From: Octopus sinensis
Lineage: Eukaryota
Length of the DNA stretch: 64,000 nt
Reading direction: 5' to 3'
Assembly: GCF_006345805.1 (NCBI RefSeq)
Contig: NC_042997.1
Span: forward strand, 120,342,001-120,406,000
In this document: piece after piece, positions 63,868 to 64,000 of the stretch
Position numbering within the stretch: position 1 is the stretch's first letter
Layout of the letters: the number at the start of each line of letters is the position of its first letter
The notes under the pieces: model-generated
Database searches by the model: none
Seen by the model: only the letters and a program-made list of their open reading frames with translations
What the model was told of the DNA's origin: nothing
Made by a program: the position numbers and the translations under genes

Positions 63868-64000
63868 GAGGGATTTTTAATTGCAGCACAAGACCAAAGC
63901 CTCCCCACCAGAAATTACCAAAAACATGTAATGAAAAGAAATATTACAAGTAACTGCAGAATATGTGGAGATGGACAAGAAACAATAAATCACTAGCTGC
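63867..64000 (+). mobile_element. R4/Dong-type LINE fragment starting directly after (TAA)n
   Basis: EGFLIAAQDQSLPTRNYQKHVMKRNITSNCRICGDGQETINH. Confidence 0.85.

Noticed and set aside
350-63953. Dozens of listed ORFs rich in YI, YLSI, TH, poly-V, poly-I or poly-R
   Set aside because: They are translations of (TA)n, (TCTA)n, (CA)n, (TAG)n, (TAA)n and (AAG)n microsatellites.

Overview
AT-rich, repeat-dominated eukaryotic DNA. It is most consistent with an octopus (cephalopod) genome, judged from the SINE families and microsatellite load; this is recognition, not a database match. I found no complete host gene, only one exon-like island (about 12.2-12.35 kb) and weaker candidates. Most listed ORFs are microsatellite artefacts or decayed transposon frames. 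Recognisable elements: a Merlin (IS1595-like) DNA transposon with TIRs and an 8-bp TSD, mariner and hAT/Tc1-type remnants, a tandem non-autonomous Helitron, a near full-length R4/Dong-type LINE plus fragments, three RTE fragments, three tRNA-derived SINE families (with head-to-tail concatemers), and many Penelope-like element (PLE) derivatives. The most interesting signal is a recurring architecture of short, ORF-less, fold-back (inverted-repeat) elements lodged in or beside (TA)n tracts. Several carry a type I hammerhead ribozyme with a palindromic stem III: three have an intact core (51693-51735 +, 54672-54732 -, 55333-55389 +) and four are decayed. One ribozyme family is physically linked to a PLE ORF end. 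A second PLE fragment has TGA at a conserved zinc-finger Cys position, which may be selenocysteine. All ribozyme calls were folded by eye and need covariance-model and cleavage tests.
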